Notes: generated from the sequence alone by a model not told the origin. DNA of 64,000 nt from Bacillota bacterium (GCA_018065105.1 JAGHTX010000163.1:14100-78099); one strand, 5' to 3'; shown: positions 41,554 through 49,798, numbered from the stretch's first letter. Numbers and translations are program-made.

Positions 41554-42443
41554 GAAAAGTATTCATATTAAATAATAATACTAAGGATAAAGTGAAATAT
41601 GCTTTGATGAAAAACATCAAAGAAAACTTAGCCGGAGAAGATATTATTATTGAAAAAACCAAAGCATCGGGCCATGCAACCTATATTGCCAAAAAATACG
41701 CTTTACAAGAAGAACCAACACATATTTTTATTTGTGGTGGAGACGGAACCGTTCATGAAGTTGTGAATGGTCTTGTAGGTGCAAACCATATTAAAGTGTC
41801 TATTTTACCAATTGGAACAGGAAATGATTTTATTAAATCGTTCGATGGCCTTACCAAAGAAGATTTCTTAAATTTAGGAAATTATAAAGAAACAGAAGCC
41901 ATGGATATTGATTTGATGAAAGTGAATGGAGAATACGCAATCAATACAATCTCTATTGGGTTTGATGTAAAAGTAGCTGAAGAAGTGAATCATATGTCCA
42001 ATCAATTTAAACTAACAGGAATTGGTGCATACTATATGGGAATGTTAAAGACATTGATTCAATTAAAATGTGAGAAATATGATTTTCAGATAGATGAAGA
42101 AGCGCAAGAAGGGTATTATACAATTATCGCACTCTGTAACGGTCGATACTATGGTGGAGGATATAACCCTTGTCCACAAGCTCAATTAAACGATGGTATT
42201 ATTGATATGTGTTGTATCAGTGATGTCACAAGAAGAGGGGTTCTTAAACTTGCCAAAGTATATGAAAAAGGAGAACATGGAAACTATCCAAACCTGGCGA
42301 CATTCTTTCAAGGAAAAACAATTCACTTTAATACAAAAAATAAAGCGGTTAGTGTATGTTTGGATGGAGAAATTCGCCAAATTAAAAATCCAACAATTGA
42401 GATTGAACAAAATGTAATACATTTATTATTACCAAAAAAATAA
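41550..42443 (+). CDS. diacylglycerol/lipid kinase family protein (YegS/BmrU type)
   Basis: GGDGTVHEVVNGL and PIGTGNDF motifs in 297 aa. ATGA overlap with miaA. Confidence 0.85.
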   Translation: MRKVFILNNNTKDKVKYALMKNIKENLAGEDIIIEKTKASGHATYIAKKYALQEEPTHIFICGGDGTVHEVVNGLVGANHIKVSILPIGTGNDFIKSFDGLTKEDFLNLGNYKETEAMDIDLMKVNGEYAINTISIGFDVKVAEEVNHMSNQFKLTGIGAYYMGMLKTLIQLKCEKYDFQIDEEAQEGYYTIIALCNGRYYGGGYNPCPQAQLNDGIIDMCCISDVTRRGVLKLAKVYEKGEHGNYPNLATFFQGKTIHFNTKNKAVSVCLDGEIRQIKNPTIEIEQNVIHLLLPKK

Positions 42444-42456
42444 AAAAGGGGAAAAT

Positions 42457-43722
42457 ATGGATTCAGAGATGTTAGTATCAATTATTTTATTAGTTATTTT
42501 ATTATTCCTATCTGGATTCTTTTCTTCTGCAGAAACCGCACTTATTTCCGCAAATAAGATACGAATTCGTACGCTATCACAAGAAGGAAATAAACGCGCT
42601 AAAATCGTATTAAGAATTTTTGAGAATCCGGATAAAATGTTAAGTGCCATACTTATTGGAAACAATCTAGTAAATACTTTCTCTGCAAGTATTGCAGCGA
42701 CCATCGCCTATTCTTTTGGTGGTGCGTGGGTAAGTATCACCACATTCATTATTACGTTGTTAATTTTGATATTTGGAGAAATCACACCTAAAACGTTAGC
42801 TACGCAAAATGCCGAAAAAATATCTTTGTTGTATGCACCAGTTATTAATTTTTTAATGTTGGTATTTACACCCATTATTTTATTTATTAATGGAATAAGT
42901 AAAGTTTTATTAAAAATATTTGGAGTCGAAATGAAACAAAGTGGTCCATCATTAACAGAAAATGAATTAAGAACCATTGTAGATGTTTCCCATGAAGAAG
43001 GCGTTATTGAAGAAGACGAAAAAGATATGATTAAGAACGTATTCGATTTAGGAGACGTTCGAGCTAAAGATGTTATGGTACCTCGAGTACACGTTTCGAT
43101 GTTGGAAGTTAGCGACAGTTACAAAGATATTATCGAATTGTTCAAAGAAGAACAATATACACGTATTCCAATTTATGAAGATACGATTGATAATATTGTC
43201 GGACTAATCAACATGAAAGATTTGATTTTGATAGAAAATGATCAAGAGTTTTCCATTCGTAAATATATGAGAAAACCATATTTCGTTTTCGAAAATAAAA
43301 AAGTTTCGGATCTGTTGTTAGAAATGAAACAATCGACAATAAATTTAGCAATTGTCCTAGATGAATATGGAGAATTGGCAGGTATCATTACTCTTGAAGA
43401 TATCATCGAAGAAATTGTTGGAGAAGTACGAGACGAATACGATGGACATGAAGCATTAAATATCCAAAAAATAAATGAAAGACTTTATAAAGTAAAAGGA
43501 TATTTAAGCTTACACGATTTAAATGAAGCCCTAGATTTAAATCTAAATAGCGAAGATTATGATTCAGTGGGAGGATTGGTTATTGATGCATTAGGACATT
43601 TCCCAGTATTGAAGGATCAAATTGAGTTAGAAGACGGAACCATTCTTCGTGTTTCAAAAATTATTAAAAATCGTATTGAAGAAGTATATATCGTTCTTCC
43701 AAAAAATGAAGAGGAAGAATAA
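42457..43722 (+). CDS. CNNM/DUF21-CBS-CorC_HlyC family transporter (hemolysin-family; putative Mg2+/Co2+ efflux)
   Basis: Four N-terminal TM helices (DUF21), a tandem CBS region (VMVPR..., IPIYE..IDNIVG) and a C-terminal CorC/HlyC domain. Confidence 0.85.
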   Translation: MDSEMLVSIILLVILLFLSGFFSSAETALISANKIRIRTLSQEGNKRAKIVLRIFENPDKMLSAILIGNNLVNTFSASIAATIAYSFGGAWVSITTFIITLLILIFGEITPKTLATQNAEKISLLYAPVINFLMLVFTPIILFINGISKVLLKIFGVEMKQSGPSLTENELRTIVDVSHEEGVIEEDEKDMIKNVFDLGDVRAKDVMVPRVHVSMLEVSDSYKDIIELFKEEQYTRIPIYEDTIDNIVGLINMKDLILIENDQEFSIRKYMRKPYFVFENKKVSDLLLEMKQSTINLAIVLDEYGELAGIITLEDIIEEIVGEVRDEYDGHEALNIQKINERLYKVKGYLSLHDLNEALDLNLNSEDYDSVGGLVIDALGHFPVLKDQIELEDGTILRVSKIIKNRIEEVYIVLPKNEEEE

Positions 43723-43762
43723 GTGCATTTACAACATTTTAATTAATTATGAGAATAGAGTT

Positions 43763-43788
43763 AAAAAAGAAGCTAACTAAGTAGCTTC
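43763..43788 (-). terminator. intrinsic terminator after yggS-like gene
   Basis: Minus-strand hairpin GAAGCTA-CTTAGT-TAGCTTC followed by T6. It overlaps the stop codon. Confidence 0.6.
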
Positions 43789-44411
43789 TACTCTTCAACG
43801 AAAATGGCAGTTCCAATACGAACCATTGTAGAACCATGTTCAATTGCCAATTTATAATCTTGAGACATACCCATAGATAAAGTTTCAATCTGTGGGTTTT
43901 CTTTTTGATAACGATCGAAGATTTCTTTCATACGATCGAATTCTTCTGCATTCTTTTCTTCACCAGCATCTAAACCAGCGACACACATGAATCCTTTAAT
44001 TAAAATGTGAGGATAGTTTTTGATTTCTTCCATGAAAGATTCTAATTCGCAAACAGGTAACCCTGTTTTTGATTCGTCATCTGAAATATGAATTTCCACT
44101 AAACATTTTTGAATTAAATTTTGTTTGGTAGCTTGTTTTTCAATTTCTTTAGCCAATTTAATGGAATCTAAACTTTGAATCATGTCAACTTTACCAACTA
44201 CATATTTAACTTTGTTTGTTTGAAGATGACCGATAATGTGCCAAGTATATTTTGGATTGTATTTTTCTAAAAATTCCTGAACACGATTTTCTCCAAAAGT
44301 GGTAAAACCATAATTTGCGACTTCGTCGATTTGTTCGCTTGTTCTTTTCTTACTAACGACAACAACGTCTGTATCTAAAGTTTTTAATGTATCTAATAAT
44401 TTTTTGTTCAT
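43788..44411 (-). CDS. YggS-family pyridoxal-phosphate homeostasis protein
   Basis: VSKK....I........FGEN.VQE...K, HIGHLQTNK and LSMGMS.D...AIE.GST.VRIG motifs. Start set to the ATG at 44411. Confidence 0.88.
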   Translation of the reverse strand: MNKKLLDTLKTLDTDVVVVSKKRTSEQIDEVANYGFTTFGENRVQEFLEKYNPKYTWHIIGHLQTNKVKYVVGKVDMIQSLDSIKLAKEIEKQATKQNLIQKCLVEIHISDDESKTGLPVCELESFMEEIKNYPHILIKGFMCVAGLDAGEEKNAEEFDRMKEIFDRYQKENPQIETLSMGMSQDYKLAIEHGSTMVRIGTAIFVEE

Positions 44412-44459
44412 ATACTTCATCCCTTTTTTAGTTCGATAGGTATTTTAGCACAAAGAATA

Positions 44460-44600
44460 TTGAAAATAAAACCTAAAGTAATATATAATAGCGATAGGAA
44501 ATGAATGTCTTCCTTAGTGCAAACTAGAACCGCTATTATAGCTGATGACTTCTACAACATTCTTTTTGTTGTGGTCATCGGCTTTTTTCTTTAGAGGAGG
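44460..44600 (+). promoter_or_regulatory. promoter plus structured leader with intrinsic terminator (candidate riboswitch or attenuator) upstream of the antiporter gene
   Basis: TTGAAA (44460), 18-nt spacer, TATAAT (44484). Hairpins AGGAA/TTCCT (44496-44514) and TAGT/ACTA. Possible closing helix ATAATAGCG/CGCTATTAT (44485-44539). A 16-bp terminator AGCTGATGA..CTACAAC/GTTGTGG..TCATCGGCT (44540-44583) followed by T6, then the RBS GAGGAGGG. Confidence 0.55.
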
Positions 44601-44608
44601 GAATTATT

Positions 44609-45781
44609 ATGTATCTTAGTTTAGCCTATATGTTGCTCATTGGCTTATTTGCCGGATGGTTGTGTAAAAAATGTCATTTGCCAGCCTTGATGGGAATGTT
44701 GATTACCGGAATTATCCTAGGACCTTATGTCTTAAATCTAATTGATAGTTCGATATTAAACATTTCTACAGAATTAAGAAAAATTGCGTTAATTATCATT
44801 CTTACAAGAGCTGGACTTACTCTAAATGTAGAAGATTTAAAAAAGGTAGGAAGACCTGCGATTTTAATGTGCTTTGTACCAGCTTGTTTAGAAATATTAG
44901 GAATGATATGCATTGCACCTAAAGTTCTAGGTGTATCTATTATCGATGCATTTGTGATGGGGACAGTTGTTGCAGCGGTATCACCAGCTGTTATCGTACC
45001 AACCATGATCAAAATTATCGAAGAAGGATATGGAACAAAACAAAGTATTCCACAAATGGTATTAGCGGGTGCCAGCGTGGATGATGTATTCGTTATCGTA
45101 TTCTTTAGTGTTGCTACATCTTTAGCAAAAGGGGGAAGCGTAGATGCAATGAAATTTGCGAGTATTCCCGTATCTATCGTTTTAGGAATTATAGCCGGTG
45201 TTGCGTTAGGTGTTGGATTAGGCATGTTCTTTAAAAAATTCCATATGAGAGATACTGTAAAAGTTATTATCTTAATGAGTGTGTCATTGATCTTAGTTAC
45301 CCTAGAAGATGCATCTCCGATTCCTTTTTCTGGATTGATTGCGATTATGTGCATGGGAATAGGACTACAAAGAAACCGTAAAGAAGTATCTGTACGCTTG
45401 TCAAAAAAATTTAATGCGATGTGGGTATTAGCCGAGATTATGTTATTTATCTTAGTAGGGGCAACCGTAAATATCTCATATGCTTTATCTGCTGGAGTAG
45501 GAGCGATTATCTGTATCTTTGGAGCATTGGCTTTCCGTGTAATAGGGGTTTATCTATGCATGTTAGGAACGAAGTTAAATTTCAAAGAACGACTATTCTG
45601 TATGGTTGCTTATATGCCAAAAGCTACAGTACAGGCAGCCATTGGAGGGGTTCCTCTTTCTATGGGATTGGCATGTGGAAATATTGTATTGACTGTTGCT
45701 GTATTAGCGATTTTAATTACAGCTCCATTAGGTGCTTTCCTAATTGAAAGAATGTATAAAAAAGTTCTTCAAAAAGCGTAA
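44609..45781 (+). CDS. cation:proton antiporter (Na+/H+ exchanger family, CPA-type)
   Basis: 390 aa with about 11-12 TM helices. The N-terminus LP...G.L..G...GP..L is typical of Na_H_Exchanger family proteins. Confidence 0.85.
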   Translation: MYLSLAYMLLIGLFAGWLCKKCHLPALMGMLITGIILGPYVLNLIDSSILNISTELRKIALIIILTRAGLTLNVEDLKKVGRPAILMCFVPACLEILGMICIAPKVLGVSIIDAFVMGTVVAAVSPAVIVPTMIKIIEEGYGTKQSIPQMVLAGASVDDVFVIVFFSVATSLAKGGSVDAMKFASIPVSIVLGIIAGVALGVGLGMFFKKFHMRDTVKVIILMSVSLILVTLEDASPIPFSGLIAIMCMGIGLQRNRKEVSVRLSKKFNAMWVLAEIMLFILVGATVNISYALSAGVGAIICIFGALAFRVIGVYLCMLGTKLNFKERLFCMVAYMPKATVQAAIGGVPLSMGLACGNIVLTVAVLAILITAPLGAFLIERMYKKVLQKA

Positions 45782-45929
45782 TGTTAAGGAAAAATTAAGA
45801 TTTCTTTATATTATCGAAATCTTTCCTTGTTAAGATGAAACCGTAAAAAGGAAAGGAACAGAGAAATGATAAAACCCAAACAAAAAAAGACATTACGAAC
45901 TTTAGAATTCTGAAAAGAAAAGAATTCAA

Positions 45930-46294
45930 CGTTTTATATATAGAGTAGCGAGCGTTAGGCTGAGGAAAGACTATTTGCACATCATCTTTCCTTTTACAAC
46001 CTTACAAAATTTTCTTACCTTTGATGGCAGATAGAACGCGAACTGGAAACGGACAGTCTAACGCTGCTCTAGCTACTAAAAAAATTAGATGTGCTTGATA
46101 ACGAAAACAACCAAACCTTATATAGATGACAAAAAATAAGTAGAAGGCTGAGACGTTAAAATAGATACACAAAATCTTTCCTTTTTACAAAACTTTCTCA
46201 CATGACTTTGTGTATAGACTATGAAACATGATATATTTGTTCAGCTCTCGCTTATTAAATGTAAAAACATGGGCCAAAAAAGTCCATGTTTTTT
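45930..46294 (+). ncRNA. candidate structured non-coding RNA (class unresolved; strand inferred from the terminator)
   Basis: No credible CDS in a 535-bp gap. Plus-strand terminator AAACATGG-(11 nt)-CCATGTTT followed by a T-run at 46265-46294. End-to-end pairing AGCGAG (45947) with CTCGCT (46247). Internal duplicated unit GGCTGAG..CACA..ATCTTTCCTTTT(T)ACAA. Confidence 0.3.
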
Positions 46295-46316
46295 CTTGTT
46301 GTGATATGATTTCAGT

Positions 46317-46889
46317 ATGAAATATGTAGAAAATCAAAAATTTGAAAATAAGAAAATTACAAAGCTGGAAGGTATTCAGTTTAATGATTGCACTTTTATT
46401 AACTGTATGTTTGATCATTGCGATTGTATGAATACTCAATTTTTAGAATGTGTCTTTGAAAAAAGTAAACTTGTACAAGTAGGATTTGTCCATTCTCAAA
46501 TGCGAAATTGCAGTTTTAAACAATGCGAATGTATTGGAATCTCCTTTGGAAACGTTGTACCCAATGGCAGTGTAGACACTATCTTTCAAGAATGTTCTAA
46601 AAGTTATTTTAAATATTGTATCTTCCAAGGCATGAAACTAACAAAATTTCAAGCTATCACTAATACTTTTGAACAATGTTCCTTCCACTATTGTGATTTG
46701 AAAAGTGCGAACTTTAGTGGATGCCAATTAATGAATAGCGATTTTCAACAATCCAATCTACAAAAGGCAAATTTTAAAGATAGTTATGGATATATTATTG
46801 ATCCGAAGACAAATCAATTAAAAGGGGCTATGTTCTCCATTCCAGAGGTTTTACATCTTTTAGATGGTTTAGGAATTAAAATAGATTAA
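46317..46889 (+). CDS. pentapeptide-repeat protein, Qnr/MfpA-like
   Basis: Tandem A(D/N)(L/F)xx-type pentapeptides (..CTFINCMFDHCDCMNTQFLECVFEKSKL.., ..ANFSGCQLMNSDFQQSNLQKANF..). C-terminal ..LKGA.FS..E...LL..LGI.I resembles Qnr-family ends. About 190 aa. Confidence 0.7.
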   Translation: MKYVENQKFENKKITKLEGIQFNDCTFINCMFDHCDCMNTQFLECVFEKSKLVQVGFVHSQMRNCSFKQCECIGISFGNVVPNGSVDTIFQECSKSYFKYCIFQGMKLTKFQAITNTFEQCSFHYCDLKSANFSGCQLMNSDFQQSNLQKANFKDSYGYIIDPKTNQLKGAMFSIPEVLHLLDGLGIKID

Positions 46890-46893
46890 AAAA

Positions 46894-46921
46894 AACTCTA
46901 GTTTACTTCTAGAGTTTTTTC
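46894..46921 (+). terminator. intrinsic terminator after the pentapeptide-repeat gene
   Basis: Hairpin AACTCTAG-TTTACTT-CTAGAGTT followed by T6. Confidence 0.75.
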
Positions 46922-47119
46922 TTTGTCTTCAAGAATTCCACATTTAATAAAACTATTTATAGAGTTAAATGTATTGATAGTTTTACTCTACCTTTATTCT
47001 CAATCCAGTTATATATGGTGTGGTTAATTCAAATTCAGATTAATTCAAATTCTTTGTCTAAATGCGATTAACTAATACCTAATTATGATATAATGGTAAG
47101 GTTAAAGGAGAAATCAATT

Positions 47120-47752
47120 ATGAAAAAGGGTGTGTTTATTACATTTGAAGGCAATGATGGTGCGGGAAAAACCACTATTATGAAACTTGTCAAAGAAGAA
47201 TTGGAAAGCCAAGGATATGAAGTTGTATCTACCAGAGAACCTGGTGGCAGTGCCATTGCTGAATCCATTCGCAATTTGATTTTAGATGTAAACAACACAA
47301 ATATGGATGCGCGATGTGAAGCTTTGTTGTATGCTGCAAGTCGTCGTCAACATTTAGTGGAAATTGTATTACCAGCTCTTAAAGAAAACAAGATTGTTTT
47401 ATGCGATCGTTTTTTAGATTCTTCTTTAGCTTATCAGGGATTTGCCCGACAAATCGGAGTACAAGAAGTATTAGATATTAATAAATTTGCGATTGATGAT
47501 ATTTTACCTGATCGAACAATTTTCTTATCGGTGAGCGTTGAAACGGGGAAAAAGAGAATGGATTCCCGGGGTGAAAAAAATCGTTTGGATTTAGAAGAAA
47601 GCGATTTTCACAAGAGAGTACGCCAAGGATATCAAAATTTAATTGAAACGTATCCAGAAAGAATCAAAGTCGTTTCCGCTGAAGCGGATGTAAATACCGT
47701 ATTTCAAAACACGCTAACAGAGGTTTTAAAGGTGATTTCGCTTTATGAATAA
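47120..47752 (+). CDS. tmk: thymidylate kinase
   Basis: FITFEG.DGAGKTT P-loop, REPGG and DRF..S..AYQG. Start ATG 47120 (AAAGGAG upstream). Promoter TTAACT, 17-nt spacer, TGATATAAT at 47067-47098. Confidence 0.93.
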   Translation: MKKGVFITFEGNDGAGKTTIMKLVKEELESQGYEVVSTREPGGSAIAESIRNLILDVNNTNMDARCEALLYAASRRQHLVEIVLPALKENKIVLCDRFLDSSLAYQGFARQIGVQEVLDINKFAIDDILPDRTIFLSVSVETGKKRMDSRGEKNRLDLEESDFHKRVRQGYQNLIETYPERIKVVSAEADVNTVFQNTLTEVLKVISLYE

Positions 47753-48770
47753 AGAACGGTTAAAGAAAAGCCAGCCAGTTGTTTATCGTGTGTTATCCAA
47801 TGCCTTAACGAAAAATAGATTAGCGCATGCTTATTTATTTGTAGGGGATAAAGGATCAAATAAGGAAGAGACTGCGTTATTGTTTGCACAAAGTATGGTA
47901 TGCGAGAACACGGATAAAGATGGTTTTGCGTGTCAAACGTGTGAAAGATGTCTGAGAATGGAAAATCGTGAATCTTTAGACTTTATTTGGATTTCTAAAG
48001 AAACACAAATGGATTTAATTCAAAAGCGTCAAAAGAAAGATGCTTTTAAGGAACTTGCGAATAAAAAAGTTAAAGTAGAAAAGAAAGCGGAAAAACTACC
48101 TACACAAATCAAAAAAGAAGCGATTACTTCTCTACAAGAATCTTTTTCTAAAACTGGGCAGGAACAAAGTGATAAACGTATTTATGTGATTGAACAATAC
48201 GATTTGATTAGTACAAGTGCTTCGAATAGTTTATTGAAATTTATAGAAGAACCACAAGAAGGAATATATGGTATCCTAACTACTGAAGAAAAGTCGAACG
48301 TTTTACCAACGATTCAATCTCGTTGCCAAATCATTGGATTTAAACCAGAATCTTATGAAGAAAGAATGGAAGAGTTATTAGAAATAACGAACGAAGAAAA
48401 CGCAGAAATGTTGATCCAAAATGGATATACATTAAAAAATGCGCAAGAATGGATAGAAAATGAAGAATTTGGTATTATAAAAAATGCGGCAAGAGAATAT
48501 ATAAACTCTTGTAACGACCATGCTTCAATATTAAAGATGCAGCAATTATTTGCAGGAAAGAGCATCTATTTAAATAAAGAATATGTAAAAGTGTTGCTGG
48601 AATGGTTATTATATTTTGTGAGAAATAAGAAAACAGAATTGAAAATGAGCCAACAAGTCCAAATTCAAACTATATTGGTTGAATCAATGGACGTGTTAAG
48701 AAGTCCTGTGGATTTGGGATTGTTTCTAGACAAAATATATAATCAATTATGGAAGGTTGTGAAATCATGA
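47745..48770 (+). CDS. holB: DNA polymerase III delta' subunit
   Basis: L.HAYLF.G..G, a Zn-module-like C..C..C, LLKF(I)EEP and T..SRCQ motifs. Follows tmk, as in Bacilli. Confidence 0.85.
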   Translation: MNKERLKKSQPVVYRVLSNALTKNRLAHAYLFVGDKGSNKEETALLFAQSMVCENTDKDGFACQTCERCLRMENRESLDFIWISKETQMDLIQKRQKKDAFKELANKKVKVEKKAEKLPTQIKKEAITSLQESFSKTGQEQSDKRIYVIEQYDLISTSASNSLLKFIEEPQEGIYGILTTEEKSNVLPTIQSRCQIIGFKPESYEERMEELLEITNEENAEMLIQNGYTLKNAQEWIENEEFGIIKNAAREYINSCNDHASILKMQQLFAGKSIYLNKEYVKVLLEWLLYFVRNKKTELKMSQQVQIQTILVESMDVLRSPVDLGLFLDKIYNQLWKVVKS

Positions 48771-49798
48771 GTGAAGAAATTTTACAAGAAGAAGTAAAAG
48801 AAGAAGGACAAGAAGAACAAACGTTTGAATATATAGTTTATATCCAGTTTGATGGATCGAAGAAGGCATACACATTTGGTGCAAACACGGTTTATCATGT
48901 AAATAACTATGTTGTTGTGGAAACGGTAAGAGGGAAAGAATTAGGAAAGGTATGTGTACCATGTGTTCCTTATGATCCTACAAAAGTAAAAGGAGAAATA
49001 AAACCGGTATTACGTTTAGCGACAAAATACGATGTAATTCAAAAGAAAGAAAACGAAGAAAAGGCTAAAGAAGCTCTAGTGATCTGTCAACAATGCGTTG
49101 ATAATTTAGAACTAGATATGCACCTAATCAGTAGTGAATATACACTAGACCGTTCGAAAGTTATTATCACATACGTGAGTGATGATCGTGTAGACTTTAG
49201 ACAATTGTTAAAGGATTTAGCAGCACAATTACACTGTCGTATTGAATTAAGACAAGTTGGACCAAGAAATAAGGCCAAGATGATTGGTGGGCTAGGAAAT
49301 TGTGGAATGGAAACTTGTTGTTCAAGATTCTTATCGGATTTTGATACAGTATCCATCAATATGGCAAAAAATCAAATGTTGGCGTTAAATATTGCCAAAT
49401 TAAGCGGACAATGTGGAAAGTTGATGTGTTGTTTACGATATGAAAATGATCAATATACGGAATTGAAAAAAGATCTTCCAAAGATTAATTCTCAAATCAT
49501 GTACAATGAAAACAAGTATCGTATCACAAGTATGAACTTGTTCCAAAAAACCGCAAAATTAGAAAATAAAGAAGAAACTTTGTTCTTATCTTTCAAAGAT
49601 ATTTGGCCAGAATTAGAAGAAAAGAAAGAAGAAGTTGCTCCTAAGGAACACAAAAAAGAAAAGTCTAAGAAAGAGCACAAAGAACATAAAGAAAACAAAG
49701 AACATAAAGAGAACAAAGAAGACAACAAAGAACACAAGGAACATAAACCGTTCCATAAATCAAATAAATCAAAGAACAAAGGAAAGAAACATGAATAG
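48767..49798 (+). CDS. ricT: PSP1-domain protein RicT/YaaT with a His/Lys-rich repeat tail
   Basis: PSP1 core with a Cys cluster (GNCGMETCCSRFL, GQCGKLMCCLRYE). Follows holB, as yaaT does in Bacillus. ATGA overlap with the holB stop. The C-terminal 50 aa are KEHK-type repeats. Confidence 0.85.
   Translation: MSEEILQEEVKEEGQEEQTFEYIVYIQFDGSKKAYTFGANTVYHVNNYVVVETVRGKELGKVCVPCVPYDPTKVKGEIKPVLRLATKYDVIQKKENEEKAKEALVICQQCVDNLELDMHLISSEYTLDRSKVIITYVSDDRVDFRQLLKDLAAQLHCRIELRQVGPRNKAKMIGGLGNCGMETCCSRFLSDFDTVSINMAKNQMLALNIAKLSGQCGKLMCCLRYENDQYTELKKDLPKINSQIMYNENKYRITSMNLFQKTAKLENKEETLFLSFKDIWPELEEKKEEVAPKEHKKEKSKKEHKEHKENKEHKENKEDNKEHKEHKPFHKSNKSKNKGKKHE

Noticed and set aside
44725-45354. 209-aa minus-strand ORF antisense to the antiporter gene
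   Set aside because: It is a shadow of a membrane-protein gene. The hydrophobic sense codons give I/T/N-rich antisense sequence. There is no start context and no recognisable motif.
45795-45980. 61-codon hydrophobic minus-strand ORF (GTG start after AAAGGAAAG) in the 45.8-46.3 kb gap, a possible small membrane peptide or type I toxin
   Set aside because: It is not called as a CDS. Its hydrophobicity is explained by a T-rich strand. It overlaps hairpin-forming sequence, and its paralogous repeat copy has only a 4-codon ORF. It is kept as an alternative explanation in the findings, not as a feature.
45829-46183. CRISPR-like interpretation of the three ATCTTTCCTT copies
   Set aside because: There are only three copies with unequal spacing (155 and 190 bp). 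The repeats are short, no cas genes are nearby, and flanking similarity extends asymmetrically.
45930-46294. tmRNA (ssrA) or 6S RNA identity for the candidate RNA
   Set aside because: For tmRNA, there is no tRNA-like 3' end (no GGTTCGA..CCACCA) and no tag reading frame ending in a hydrophobic ALAA/FAFA-type peptide. For 6S RNA, I cannot draw the required single long bulged hairpin. Neither can be supported by eye.
46185-46439. 84-aa minus-strand ORF spanning the terminator and the start of the pentapeptide-repeat gene
   Set aside because: It overlaps a well-formed plus-strand CDS and the terminator hairpin. The sequence is low complexity and has no RBS.
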